DNA of 41,875 bases from Octopus bimaculoides (taxonomy: Eukaryota), in assembly GCF_001194135.2 (NCBI RefSeq), contig NC_068991.1:24855278-24897152 (forward strand), written 5' to 3'. Position 1 is the stretch's first letter; every line of letters starts with the position of its first letter. This document shows, piece after piece, positions 21,973 to 34,607 of this stretch. The notes beneath the pieces were generated by a model. It saw nothing but the letters and a program-made list of their open reading frames with translations. It was not told the origin of the DNA and ran no database searches. A program made the position numbers and the translations under genes.

Positions 21973-22230
21973 TATATATATATGGACGGTTTGACTGGAG
22001 TCTGGGAAGCCAGGAGGCTGCACCAGGCTCCAGTCTGATCTGGCAGTGTTTCTACAGTTGGATGCCCTTCCTAATGCCAACCACTCCATGAGTGTAGTGA
22101 GTGCTTTTTATGTGCCACCGGCACAGGGGCCAGAGGAGGCTGGAAAAAACCACGATCAGTTAGGTGCTTTTTACGTGCATCGGCCACATTCGGATGGTGC
22201 TTTTTTATGTGCTACCGGCACGGGTATCAC
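21973..22230. repeat. Family C repeat, opposite orientation to 18185
   Basis: ggctgcaccaggctccagtctgatctggcagtgtttctacagttggatgcccttcc. Confidence 0.82.
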
Positions 22231-22239
22231 AACTACAAT

Positions 22240-22439
22240 TTCCTTATTTCTTTATTGCCCACAAGGGGCTAAACATAGAGGGGACCAAGAAGGACAGACA
22301 AAGGGATTAAGTCGATTACATCGACCCCAGTGTGTAATTGGTACTTAATTTATTGACCCCGAAAGATGAAAGGCAAAGTCGACCTTGGTGGAATTTGAAC
22401 TCAGAACGTGACGGCAGACGAAATACCGCTAGGCATTTC
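22240..22439 (-). mobile_element. SINE family B
   Basis: Reverse complement of the 19315-19652 units (gaaaggcaaagtcgacc...gaatttgaactcagaacg). Confidence 0.85.
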
Positions 22440-24699
22440 NNNNNNNNNNTAAGTGATGCAAAAAGGGGACGACAAAACATCCAGATAGACGATACAAAGA
22501 AAACAAGGATGGCTCATTTGGAGTTTTCTTTCCTCAGTCGAGTTCCAGATTATCTTTGCAATTTCAGCTGGTTATACTCGAGATTGCTCCAATCTGGCCA
22601 GCACCAAGGAAAAAAACTAAGCCTAGAGCATTAAATTCCTTGGAAGAAAGCAGCGAATGTATATGAAAACAAGGACGGAAAAGAAATGGAGAATGTTACA
22701 CAAATACAAATAACAGGTGTCTTTCGACTAAGGATGAATTAAATTAAGCTGGCATGTGAGGAAATAAAGCCTTATGGCAGGGATACAAGATTTCACAGGC
22801 ACAGGGAGGAATATAGATGTTGCACAGATGACAGCCGAACCAAGAAAGATCAGGCTTGGCTGAACACTGGATATGTGGGGAGAGAAGAGAAAGAGGTAGA
22901 GGCAGAGGGACAGAAGAATTGAAGAGATGGGGAGAAAAAATGACAGGGACACAGTGAAGTGAAAAGAGGAAGGAAAGTGAGCAAGAAGAGAAGGTAGGGA
23001 AATGTGAAAGAGGGGGAACAAAAGAACGAAGAGTGGAATGAACAAATAAGCGTGAAAGGGCTGATAGAAAGAAAGAATAGAGTCGTACAAGATTTAGATA
23101 AATATATACTTACATATAAGCAACCAAAGTGTATTATGCTGCTATATATATATATATGTTTTTTGTTCTATGTGCGCCATAAATATCGCCATCCATTTAG
23201 AGAAAAATTTGTAGTTTAGAATCAGTAGTTTTTTGACTGCTATTTCTAAATTTTCAGTATGTTGGAGAAGCAACTCAATGCTAATCCCTGTATATTTACG
23301 ATGATAAATGATTTTACCGATAAAGGTTTTTTTCATACTGAACTACTTGGCAAAATTGTTAATTATTAATTCTATTAGTAATTGACGATTCCCTGCCCTT
23401 ATTCTTGTATAATATATATAAAAATACGAAATGGGACAAGAACGCAAAACTTCCCAACAGGTAGGTGATACAAAAAAGGGACATATATATATATGAATAT
23501 TTAAAAAAAACTTAGTGAATAATAATTAAATTATTCCAGATTATCAGGATCTTTACTATTTTACACTTTACTAATGCAAAGCAAACAGTATCAATTATAA
23601 TACCAATAGGACCACAACTTCAATTTCAGGACAACCTTATTTTCTGGAGTACACAGAGAAAGTTCTGGCCCCTTCTCTCATCTCCTGGCATAAAGCTGTT
23701 TCTCTTAAGGTTCATAGTCATGCAAGCTGCATGGTGACCTCATTAGAGATGGTGACATGAAAACAAGCATCCAGTGGATTGCAATGCAGTGCTTAGACTG
23801 GTTGGATCCTGTCAAACCCTTCCATACATGCTAGCATGTAACAGGTATGTTAAATAATGATATCAATAATGATATGCATATATGTGTGTGTGTGTGTGAT
23901 GTGCACATTCTTTTGTACACCTGCTCAATCATGTCTGCCTTGAATGATGGGAAACAGTATAGAGTAGGAAGGACTCTATAGGACAAGGCACCCTCTCTAG
24001 TGCTAGTGCCATTATAAAATGCACTCAGTGCACCCTGTACAGTAGTTAGCATTTGGAAGGGTATTAAGCCAGAGAAAACATACCAAACAATGGAGTGAAT
24101 GACAGATAGTGTTCTGACCTGTTTAGGTGGACAGTAGCTCCAAATGACTTGAACTGCAACAGCACATTTGATCCATGCCAGCATAGAAAGTGGATATAAA
24201 TTGATGACTATACCTCATCCTCTTTCTCTATGATATGTATGTACATACATTAGTTCAAAGCTGATGATGCAATTTGTAGTTACTCAGTTTCTTTGCTTGT
24301 ATTCATTCCTTCAAGCAACAAGGAAGACTTAGATACACACTCAAATACATATTTATACAAACCGGACCATGGCCATACTAAGACACTGACTTGAAGAGTT
24401 TCAGCTAGGTTGTTTTTTTTTTGTCTCAAGTACTTATTTTTAAGTCTGGAGCTTATCTCTTCAAACCCTGTTTGTCAAACCACCAAATCACAAGACATAT
24501 ACAAACAGACAAAGACAACTGTTTCCATTCTACCCAGTGTTGCTCATAAGATATAGGTCAACCTAAAGGTATAGGAAAATATATTTGCCTTGATGCCATA
24601 CAAAAAGACCAAATCAATAACCAAAGGCTTATAAAGCAAACTTCTTAATAACATACCCATACTTGTGTATATTATACATTATCATCATTTTTATGCTTG

Positions 24700-25110
24700 T
24701 TTTCCTATGTTGGCATGAATTGGATGGGTCTTCAGCAGAGCATCTCCGTATTTGTTGTCTCCCTTTTGAGATCAGTTTTCATCCCCTCTTCCTCTGCTGC
24801 AAGTTCTTATCTCTTGGACCATTTAATATTTTGACCCATTGGTCTCCATATGCATCAAATGTTCATATCAGCTCCAGTCTTTCAGTATGCATACTACATC
24901 TGATTCCTGTTATGCCCAGTTTTTTTCTCTCAGCTTATTTGTGCTCTATCTTTGATGAACAATTATCATTACATATCCAGAAAAGCACATTCACTTTATT
25001 TCTTCCCTGCTTTTACACTTCCTCTTGCATCCACTGCTCATGTTTCACTACCATGCAACATCACACTTCATACCCTAGCATCAAACAATCCACCCTTCAC
25101 TTGCAGAAAA
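24700..25110 (-). mobile_element. RTE-like LINE RT C-terminal remnant
   Basis: Minus strand reads GGLFDARV*SVMLHGSETWAV, matching the RTE motif GRLY.ACVRS.MLHGSETW. Confidence 0.7.
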
Positions 25111-25611
25111 AAAAACAAAAAAACCTGTTGCCAGCAGCGGTAACTGCCCATTGAATTTTCTTTAGCCTGTTCTAACTTTGTTTCTTATGTTTTCAGAATA
25201 TCCACCTTCATTGCTAATTAGGTTACCTAGAGAACAACAGCTATCAACTACTCCTAAGGAGCCTTCCAAGTATTTGAAAGCAATATTTTCTATATGTCCT
25301 AACTGCTACTACTCCACTTCATCTGCTACATAGTCTTTCTTCTATCATCCAGTCTGTGAGCTCATAGTTTACAAAGGATTTACCTCCTCTTTTCCATGTA
25401 CATTGAGCAAAACTCCTTCCCTAGTAACAGTAAAGCTGTCTCTTTTCTTGCTAAGACTTTGTCTTTGCTTCAGTCCACAAGAATCTCCTAGCTTTGGCAC
25501 AGGAATCTCCTATGCTGTCACCTTTGGGCTACATTGGTATTTTGCCCCTTGAACTGGAAACTTTCTCTCTTATTGCTGTACGAACAGATGGAATGCTGTT
25601 CCTGGTCCACT

Positions 25612-26060
25612 TACACTGAATCGCAAAAGGAACGCGAGACCTGTGTGACTGTGAAATATGTTTTAATTTCATTACGTCAGAGATAAATCTGATAAAGTCA
25701 ATTTCTTGGATGCACTTTGACCACAGTCTATGGGTTGTTAAGTATTCTGGTAGTGGGTGGATATAGTACATCGAGATTGTAGGGTGTGACATGTTCAGTA
25801 TCATGTATGCCCTCCCTGAGTGTTCAAAACGGTCATACATGAGGCGGTTCACAAAAGCCATTGGCACCTGTACCCACACCCCGAGGAAAGCTACCTCCAG
25901 TTCCACATGAGTTGTTGGCCTTGGGACCACCTGGTTCAGCCGTCTCCAGATTTCACCCCACAGGTGTTCAAATCTGGGCTGAAAGCCAGCCATGGCATGT
26001 GCATTTCGGTTTTCATGACAGTTGTTTGCAACTGTCACCCACAGCATTCAATGTAGCTGT
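25612..26060 (-). mobile_element. Tc1 3' fragment with 3' TIR
   Basis: FEHLWGEIWRRLNQ...ELEVAFLGVWVQVPMAFVNRL, then GGHT(R)Y* in a shifted frame near 25800; TA + CACTGAATCGCAAAAGGAACGC TIR at 25612-25635. Confidence 0.82.
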
Positions 26061-26599
26061 GTTTTGGTTTCTTGTTTCAGGGAAAGCTGAAAGGTTACCT
26101 GCAATTTGGGTCTCAACCATAAACCAGTATGTCTTGGAATATTTACACTTATCTCCCCGAAATAAATTCTCAGAATTTACTATATAAAAAATGACCTTTC
26201 AAAAAAATCGTTTCTTTTGTGATTCAGTGTATTATCAATTCTGGTGCCTCTTAATTTTTGTTTATACTCACACACTTTTCTTCCTGTACATTAACAACTT
26301 GCTCATTGTCACCTTTAACAAAGCTCACATTTATGCAAATGAAATTAGCCTTTACTTCTCCTTAACCTTCTTTACACAGAAGTTACCACACATCATGTTC
26401 AATCTGTACTCCCATCATGACAATCTCCTGCCTCACCCAGTCTATATTCTTAGACAGGGTCCTGCGCATGACTTTAAACTGCATCTGAGAGTGGAGCCCT
26501 GGTTTGGAAGTTCTAGGATTTTGAGTAGTGTGGGACTACTTCTTATACACTATTGTTCCAAGGTTTACTCTGACCTGGAATAGTAACAACTGTCAGGGT

Positions 26600-27200
26600 C
26601 CCAGTGATGGTTTAATTAGCATAATAGGGCTTGTCTACCAATGTATGTGAAGACTGGATTCAACGAACTCTGCAGAAAAAAACTTTCATGGTTCAGCAGA
26701 GAAGGTGGCTGCAGCAATGTATTGCTGAGTGCAGAGAGCAAGATGAAGCAATTAAGACATGTTGGTCATTTACTGCACCCGTCTTTATCCCCAGTCGTCT
26801 TGACACAACATTGAAGATGATCATGGACGGGAAAAGTAAGGTTGACTGTGCACAACTCTTTTTCACTTTAAGCAAAGTCACCGTTCAAGTGATCAATCAT
26901 TCTCTAGGTTCTCGTCCCTCCGACAGATGAACGTGACAAAGCATAATGAAAATATCGCTACAAATTCTAGGTCTTACAATGACTGACGATCTCTCCTGGT
27001 GATCCTTTATTGATAACAGCAAAATATGCTACCTCAAAACTAACTCAAGTGAGAGATTTAAATAAACCACTACTTCCTCATCTGGGACGATGTTAAAGAG
27101 ACTCATGTAAACAACGTGGACTACATCCAATATAAAGTAGTCAGCTTGACTGGAAGAACAGCTTAATCACCAACCAATACACTGTGTCATCATTCTGCTT
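26600..27200 (+). mobile_element. Highly degenerate LINE RT remnant (CR1/L2-like)
   Basis: IMDGKSKVDCAQL (cf. LD....VD...LDFSKAF), ILGLTMTDDLSW*SFIDN (cf. YLGV.I..DLSW..HI), VDYIQYKVVSLTG (cf. LERIQRRA.RLI). Confidence 0.6.
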
Positions 27201-27834
27201 TTCAACGGCTACTACATCAGACTCTGCTCTTCTAAGTTAACTAGTTGCATACCACGATACTTTTCTTTTTCCCATGTCACCCAGCAAGTGTATGTATAAA
27301 CATACAAACACGCGTATATACATGTATAGGATATATAGGTATATATACACAAACATAGATGCGCACAGATTTTTATAAATGCACATGCATATACATACTT
27401 GTACACACACATATTTTTATATATCAACTAGTGACTGACTTGTTTACGTATAGCAGTTATCACCAATATTTATAATTTTAATACGATATAATTAAAATGG
27501 TTACAGTAATTAAAATGTGAAGTAGCCAGTTATAGTTACGGTGATTGCTTTTATTGAAGTCTAGCTAGTATTTGGTATGACAACAGTAGTTCTTCTTTAA
27601 GATACCGTAGTTTTTAAATGGGAATAAATAATACAAAATATAACCCAGCCATTCTGCATGACTTAGTGAATAATGTACGAGTAATAAGAGCCGACAGCAA
27701 CTATAATTATTATTGTTATACGAAGGTCGAACTTCGAACTAAGTTTCTTTTAATTCCATTTAAGTTGCGGTGTTTGGTAGAAGAGAGAGACGATGGAATG
27801 AATGAAAAGGTTAAGAAAAAGTCACTCTACTCAC

Positions 27835-27919
27835 TTCAAAGGAAGTATGGAAATTATGGGCTGCAGTCATGTCGGAAAGTTTAGCAATAAACGTGTAGGA
27901 GACGAAGTGGGGGAGGAAG
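27835..27919 (-). other. Probable 85-nt internal 5' leader exon
   Basis: Long polypyrimidine tract ending tctcttacttctag (27921-27920) and consensus donor GAA|GTGAGT (27834-27829), at the edge of the CpG-retaining zone. Confidence 0.5.
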
Positions 27920-28269
27920 CTAGAAGTAAGAGAAAGGAGGAGGTACAAATGAGGAATAAAGAGGAAGAGGTAGTAATAAGGGGTGAGGAAGAGGAGAATC
28001 AGAAAGCAGTACAAACGAAATCTTGACTTGTAAAGTCCCTTCTTCCTCCTCCTCCTTATTTTAAGTAACAGCTGGTTGAATTTTTAAATAAATATTTAAT
28101 ATTTGATTGTCAGGTAACAAAGATAAAAAAAAATCAATAACATAACGGAAAAGACTGAAATTGAAACAAATACACGAAAATAACAAAAAAATGAAGAATT
28201 AGTGATAAGTGAGAAGCTAAAAGAAAGTGTTTGTTGGTAACAAGCGATAACAATAAAACAACTTATTGT

Positions 28270-28580
28270 TGGTGAATGCGCGCGCGCCTTTATGACGAAA
28301 GTAGTAAATCGGTTGGAAAGATAAAATATTCCCTGATCAATTTCTTAATTTTAACGAAAGCAGCAAAGAATATACGAATAAAAGATGTCAATATATCTTT
28401 AATTTTATGTGGAGTAATTGATATAATGTAGTAAACAAAATAATAATGTAAAAGACAGAATAAATGAGAGCTGTGATCGATGTAAATAAATCGGGTGTAT
28501 TGATACAAAATAGAGATTGGGCGGTCAGTTTGGATTGAGAAAAAACCGGTTCGAGATGGTTTTCGAGCTGAATGGCGCTT
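28270..28580. promoter_or_regulatory. Promoter-like CpG-rich element
   Basis: TGCGCGCGCGC (28277-28287), overlapping ATTGG CCAAT box and GGGCGG GC box (28516-28524), AACCGGTT (28544-28551), ATGGCG core near 28573; high CpG density. Confidence 0.5.
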
Positions 28581-30699
28581 TTGAATGTTTACAGATTTTG
28601 GCACACTTTTGTTTTTGTAATTCTCTATCTTGGTTGTTTATCTGCTAATATATTTTTCTGTTAATGAATTCACAAATAAAATAATATAAATTAAAAAAAA
28701 AATCTTTATTATATTCTGAAAACATTTTTTTTAAAGAATAATTTTTTTCTTTCAAGTAAAATAATTAATTTCGGATTTTATGACGAGAAGGGTATTCATA
28801 TTGCTTTATTTATAAAAGAAAACGAAAAAAAAAGCTAGTTTGAAGAAATGAGGATAGTGTAAAATATATTGATAGTTTTTTTTTTTAAAGCGAGGGAATT
28901 AATTTCTGAAAAATACTTGCGTATACACACATCACGTGTGTACGGATTTATTTGTGTGTGTATATATATATATATTTTATTTGTATATTAAGTATGTGAA
29001 TACAAAAGTACATAATTATTTGTGTATATTACGTTTTCATGTAGACAAGTTTACCCACCCAGTCAACCCTGATTGAGCAGTACTACTATGATAAAGATTA
29101 TTACAATCTCGATCATGTTGCATTTTTTTTTTAGGGTTACGTCTGAGCGTACATTATCTAAAGTGTTCTTTAGTAATTTAGAGGTGGTTTGATTGCTATT
29201 TAATTAACGTATGGCTATGACATACAGTTATAAACACACTAGAAATCGCAGCTCCAGTGTCAAAAGTGGTTGGCAACAACTTCAGTTTAACACATTTTAA
29301 TGAATGATTAATTTGAGTTTGAATAAAAATATGCTTATATAAATTTATATTTGGTAGTAAAAGAATGAGAAAAAAAGACGGACGTAATGGTCGAAAGAGA
29401 GTTAAACAGAAAAAGCTATGAGTAAGCAAACGGATCCAATCAGAAAGAGACCGTTAGAACCAGAAAAAACCAGTTAGGACCATGTTGGGTGTCTGCATCG
29501 TAGACACAAAGTGAGGGTACTACTTCGTCTGCTCTTAATTTCACACTATTATTCTCAATTACGACTTCTTTTGCTCATTATTAAATTTCCTTTGCTATCG
29601 TTTTCGTTTCTCTGTATCTTACTATACTATGTTTTCTTTTTAAAATCCTCTTCATCTTTCTAATCTTTTTTTTACTTAACTTATAGCCTACTTTTCTCAT
29701 TCTATATTCCTTTTTCTCTCATATATACTCATGTTTCTTTGCTTTCTCTTTTCTCATCTACTTCGGGTTGACGTTTTAAGTGACAGATAGATTCATACAT
29801 AACTGCGACGTACATGGTGGTGTTTTCCTTTCATTATCAACGAAATAAATGCAATTAAATACATTTCAAGCCTTTCCACCAGTTTGGATCAAAAATTTCT
29901 TTAAAATCCAAGAGTAAATGTTAAGAAAAAGATGACAACCACAACTCTTAATATTTATTTATTTACATTTCAACATTACGTCATTATGAATGTGCTTCTC
30001 ATTCATTGTTAATTGGGTTTTGTAAAAGAATATCAAAAATAAAGCAAAACAATACACACATATATATATATGGAACTAAACTAACATTCTATTACTGGTT
30101 TCAGACATTGGGTTGTGGTCATGCTGGGGCACCGCCTAGACAGGTTGTAGTCGGTCCTGCTATTTTATCGAATTCTGTCGAAACGCGAAGTTTCTTTTTT
30201 ATGTTACTTGTTAATCTTCAAGTTTTGTGAATGTTGGCTCCGATCGAGAAAACCTATAATTAAAAGCGTTCTGACCAGGATCACTTTGTTTCTTTTTCGT
30301 CTTCCAAGTAATACAATTACATTGTTCATCGTATTAAAAGATGGTAATAAGTCATTTAAAAGAGATTCAGCTGTTATTTCTGGCAGGTCTATCGCCTGAG
30401 TACATTGTTGATTTTAGGTGTTCCTGTCATAATCACTGTCTGTTTTTCAGACGTAGTACTACATTATTAAATGTAGTCTTCTGTTTATTTACTGAAGACA
30501 GTACGGCGTTACTTCTAGAAAGTCAATCAACCAATTCCAACAAAGTCTGTTGACTATTTATATAAAGTTTGTGATGCGATTCAAACATTCTCATTCCATA
30601 CTTCGTGTCCAACACACTTTACTTCTACGAAAGTAATTTCGTCTATGCAAATGTTATCGACGGAATATTTCGAACGAGGCTCCGAGCAGACACGGAAAT

Positions 30700-31060
30700 G
30701 ACCGAAGCTGGTTGGCATGTACCAGTTTCAACCGGTTGCAAAGGGTTGCTTTACTCAGAGGTGTCGTCGAGACGGAGTGGACTAGTAACGGTAAGATTTC
30801 TAAAATGGTCTTCTTGCATGACACTCTCGTTTGTTTTGATGAATGTTTTCGTTTTTTCTATAACTTTAAATAAATCTTCTCTAAACTTGAATCATGTTGT
30901 AATTATGGGCGCCGCCATGTTGCTCAAGTAAACAACGGAAGCGCGTTTGATTCGTCTAGTGGTATCGAAGGTACGCGAATAAAAAGGTCAACAACAAACT
31001 GTGAACACGTATGTAAGGTCCAGTTGGACGTTGCTTGGTCGTTACTACTTCCTAACATGG
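30700..31060 (-). promoter_or_regulatory. Housekeeping-type promoter, YY1 motif in the minus orientation (candidate main TSS of the ZNF410-like gene)
   Basis: AACATGGCGGCG on the minus strand (30921-30910) fits the YY1 consensus typically found just downstream of a TSS; ETS-like CGGAAG near 30936; AACCGGTT at 30730-30737; CpG-rich. Confidence 0.6.
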
Positions 31061-31619
31061 ACCAGATTTAGTCAGCGGTTATCCTAATGTGTCTTTACTT
31101 TATCAGCTTTATCGCTACATGTGCGTGCGTGTGTCTGAAACTAGGTGGAGGAGGAGGAATCCCGTGGTGGTCCCCCATTTTGTAACAACAATATCCACAA
31201 ACCATACAGACCTGACAATTAAATTATTTCACATCTCAACCATCGTCTCTTCCTTTCGCTATTTCTGTTTACCTAGCTCTGTTGTGTCGGTGGATGAAAA
31301 GAAATAATCAAAATCGATAATTGAACTGGCCACCACTGACTTGTATGGTGCATCATTCTCTCTCTCTCTCTTTAGCAATGTACTTTTAAAACCACAATTC
31401 ATCAACGTTTAAAGAAATATTTTCTAGCAACTCACCATTTATCTTCTGCTGTCTCTCATGAAATGAAATCACTAGTTCGATATACAATCATCTAGTTTTC
31501 CAATTGTCACGTTCATATTTAACACACATATATATAGTTCACACACACACATGTATGTGTATATAAAATATGAACGATAACCAAACCCCTACTGACCCTT
31601 CATGTGTTTGCAAGCTCTG

Positions 31620-31623
<4 letters not shown>

Positions 31624-31708
<85 letters not shown>
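31624..31708. repeat. (TA)n microsatellite
   Basis: Read directly from the sequence. Confidence 0.97.
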
Positions 31709-31711
<3 letters not shown>

Positions 31712-32606
31712 GAAGGGAAAGCATACACACATAGTGCATTTAAATGCATGAAGGGCTAAGGTTTGATTATCGGTCATATTTATACATACTACAAATATAC
31801 GAAGGGTTAAGGTTTTGGTGCTCTACCCCGATTTCTTTCTTAGCAGAGAAAATAAACAACCAACGTTTGCATTGGTTTCTAACATGTTTCCAAGCATAAA
31901 CCAAAGGGAATCGCATTCATACTGATATTTTTTTTATACTCTAAAATACATTTAATTTCAATAATTTTTCAAAAGATGTTAAGACAAATGAAGAATTGAG
32001 AATTATTTTCATGTGGGGGATCAAGATTTTTACTGGAGGTGAAATGAGATTTAGAGAACGTAAGACGGGGTAGGGAAGAAAACAAAACCCTTTATTTCTG
32101 TTTAATTTTCATAATCATGTCTCCATAATTTCACTTTCTAGTAAATAATATTTCGAATTTGTGAAAAATGTTGCTTTTTTTTGTCTCTCTCATTATTGTG
32201 ATTGATAACTTTAAAAATGTCCTTAAATATTTTCAAGAGCGATCTTGTTTGATTTTAAAATGGAATTGAGAAGGGTATATATATATGTATATAGTTACTT
32301 GCTTGGGTTAATGACTTCGAAGTTAAAAAATCCATTCCAAGCTCCATTGATTCGTATGTGCAAAAAGCTTCTCAGCAGATCACGAAGTCAGTGATCAAAC
32401 AAAATACAAAGTATTCTATAAGATCACAGTCAATCGTTATAGAGTCTATTAGTCTATACAGACTTACATATATATATATACACACAGTAGATCTTAATAT
32501 ACATTTTTATAAAAATTTTCTAATGAATAACTATAAGATATTCGGAAGCCTCTGTCGTTTGTTGTTTACATGACCCACGTGTGAGAGATAAAACGTTTTC
32601 TAATGC

Positions 32607-32669
<63 letters not shown>

Positions 32670-34607
32670 TTATGTATACTCTAGCTTACACTAGACATTT
32701 TTTAAATGTCTTTGAAAATGTTTAAAATTAATTTCAAGTGATTCCTAAATTGAATATCGGGACACAAGTTTTAAAGGCTCTCTTGAAAACCTATTCCTTA
32801 TTGAACATTTTGTTTGCCTTACCATGGTAGTTGTAAAATATATACTTACTTTCTTTTTAGTTATATATATACACATTCGTTTTTAGTTTTATATTATGCT
32901 TCCTTTTTTTCTTATATGAACATTAGCAGTCCCTTAATTTACTTCCTAAAACTGGTATTTTAAATGGAATGGCTGTCATGCAGTAATAATAGCAAATATT
33001 TCGTTCATTAATGTTGAAATTCGTTTGATTCTCTTTACAACAGTTTTCATTATAAGACAGTTATTTAATTGGAATCATTTTTTCTTTACACCAAATACTC
33101 TTATTTCACAATTTTCAAGAAATTCCTAAATGAAATTTCGAAATAATCACCTCTTCCAATCATTGATAGTGTTCGAAGAAAACGACATGTAAAAAAATGC
33201 TTATCGATCTGATTTGCTCCCTTTCAAAACAAACACTGGTGCTTTAACCTTGTTTTCTGTCAAATAATAGAATCGTGGCTGATTAACTATTTTAGAGTCG
33301 TCTGTCAGCTATTAAGTCTTCTCTGAGCGGGAGAATGGTAAAAACGGTCGCCGTAGCCCCTCCTCCTCCTCCTCTCTCACAAACACTTTCTCTTTTTGTC
33401 ATTCTTTATAATCGGAAATTTCCATTACTGCTCTCTGCTGAAATCCCATCTAAGTTCTCTTTAAAAGCGCCAAATTCTTCAAGCTACCTGTTATTATGAT
33501 GGTGTGTGATCCCACCGCGAACTTCGATCGCACAGAGCTTATTTAGCAAAGGCAGTCCAGCCGTAACCACCCCGTCGTCATTTTAGAGCCATGTAGGACT
33601 ATATTTATCTAATGCGTCTTTTATTTAGTATAGTTGCGTGTACATTGAAGGAGATTTGGTTATTTCTCGCATGTCGAACGACTACATTAGACTCACTTAT
33701 TGTATGTGTATATATATATATATATATATGTATGAATGTGACGTGTATAAATGAATCTTTCTTTCTTGTTGAAGACGACGTTGATTTTTGACCAAATAAG
33801 AATAGCAAAATAGTAGTATGTTTACTTGTAATATAGAAAATAGAGTAGTAAAATAAGTTTCCGACTTCAAGCGAATTTTATTTAATTTTTTCTCGCCGTT
33901 AAAAAGCATATTAAAAGGTTTCTTATTTTTGTGTATTTTCTCCTCTTTAAATATCCTGCCATTACAGGGTAAACACAACTTTTAAAATACTTCTATATTC
34001 ACTATTTGGTAGAATAATATTAACGTCGAATTTTACGTCTTTAACACAGATTACCGCAGCTTATGGTTATGTAAAAAAAAAGTATCTCACTACGTTTCAA
34101 TTAAGAAAACGCTGTAGGAAAGTTACCAAGTATAATATATATATGAGTAGCGCGCGTGTGTGTATGAATATATGTCGCAGTTTCGCCAGTCTCTCTATTT
34201 TACACTTTCTCTTAGTGCCTGTAATTAATGTCAATTTATTGACATTGAACATGATTACTTTACTGTACCAAGTAAACAAAAGCTAGCTTTAGACTATTTC
34301 CTCGAAGAATAAAGATCTGGTGCGTAGGTACCTCGGACTTAAGACAAATGTGTTGCTTTGCCTCAATGACAGAATCTGCAGTTTTCTCTCTCTCTCTCGC
34401 CTCCTCACAAACTTCTTCTCTTTCTCTACTCACCCCTTCCCTCTAAACATTACGTCATTCCAGTCTGCTGCGGAGGAAAATAAATACAACATTGTGGCAT
34501 TTAAATCTGCCACCTTTTTTTTTTATTCATTTATGCGTTTCAACTCAAACATTGTGGTCATCCTCGGGCTATCTAAAATTTTGTAATTTGGCTGCAATTT
34601 GATCCGA

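Noticed and set aside
24663-25154. 163-aa plus-strand ORF
   Set aside because: Antisense to a decayed RTE LINE remnant; no domain and biased composition.
25529-26047. 172-aa ORF, the longest gap-free ORF in the track
   Set aside because: Chimeric: the Tc1 C-terminal frame shifts before GGHTRY* and reads by chance through the element's 3' UTR and TIR. The GTAAGT at 25614 is the TIR/TA junction, not a real donor.
30190-30700. Protein-like minus-strand segments in alternating frames (pseudogene or alternative genetic code)
   Set aside because: Stops of all three types occur in every frame and I recognise no homologue. The host gene uses the standard code. Unsupported without a tBLASTx hit.
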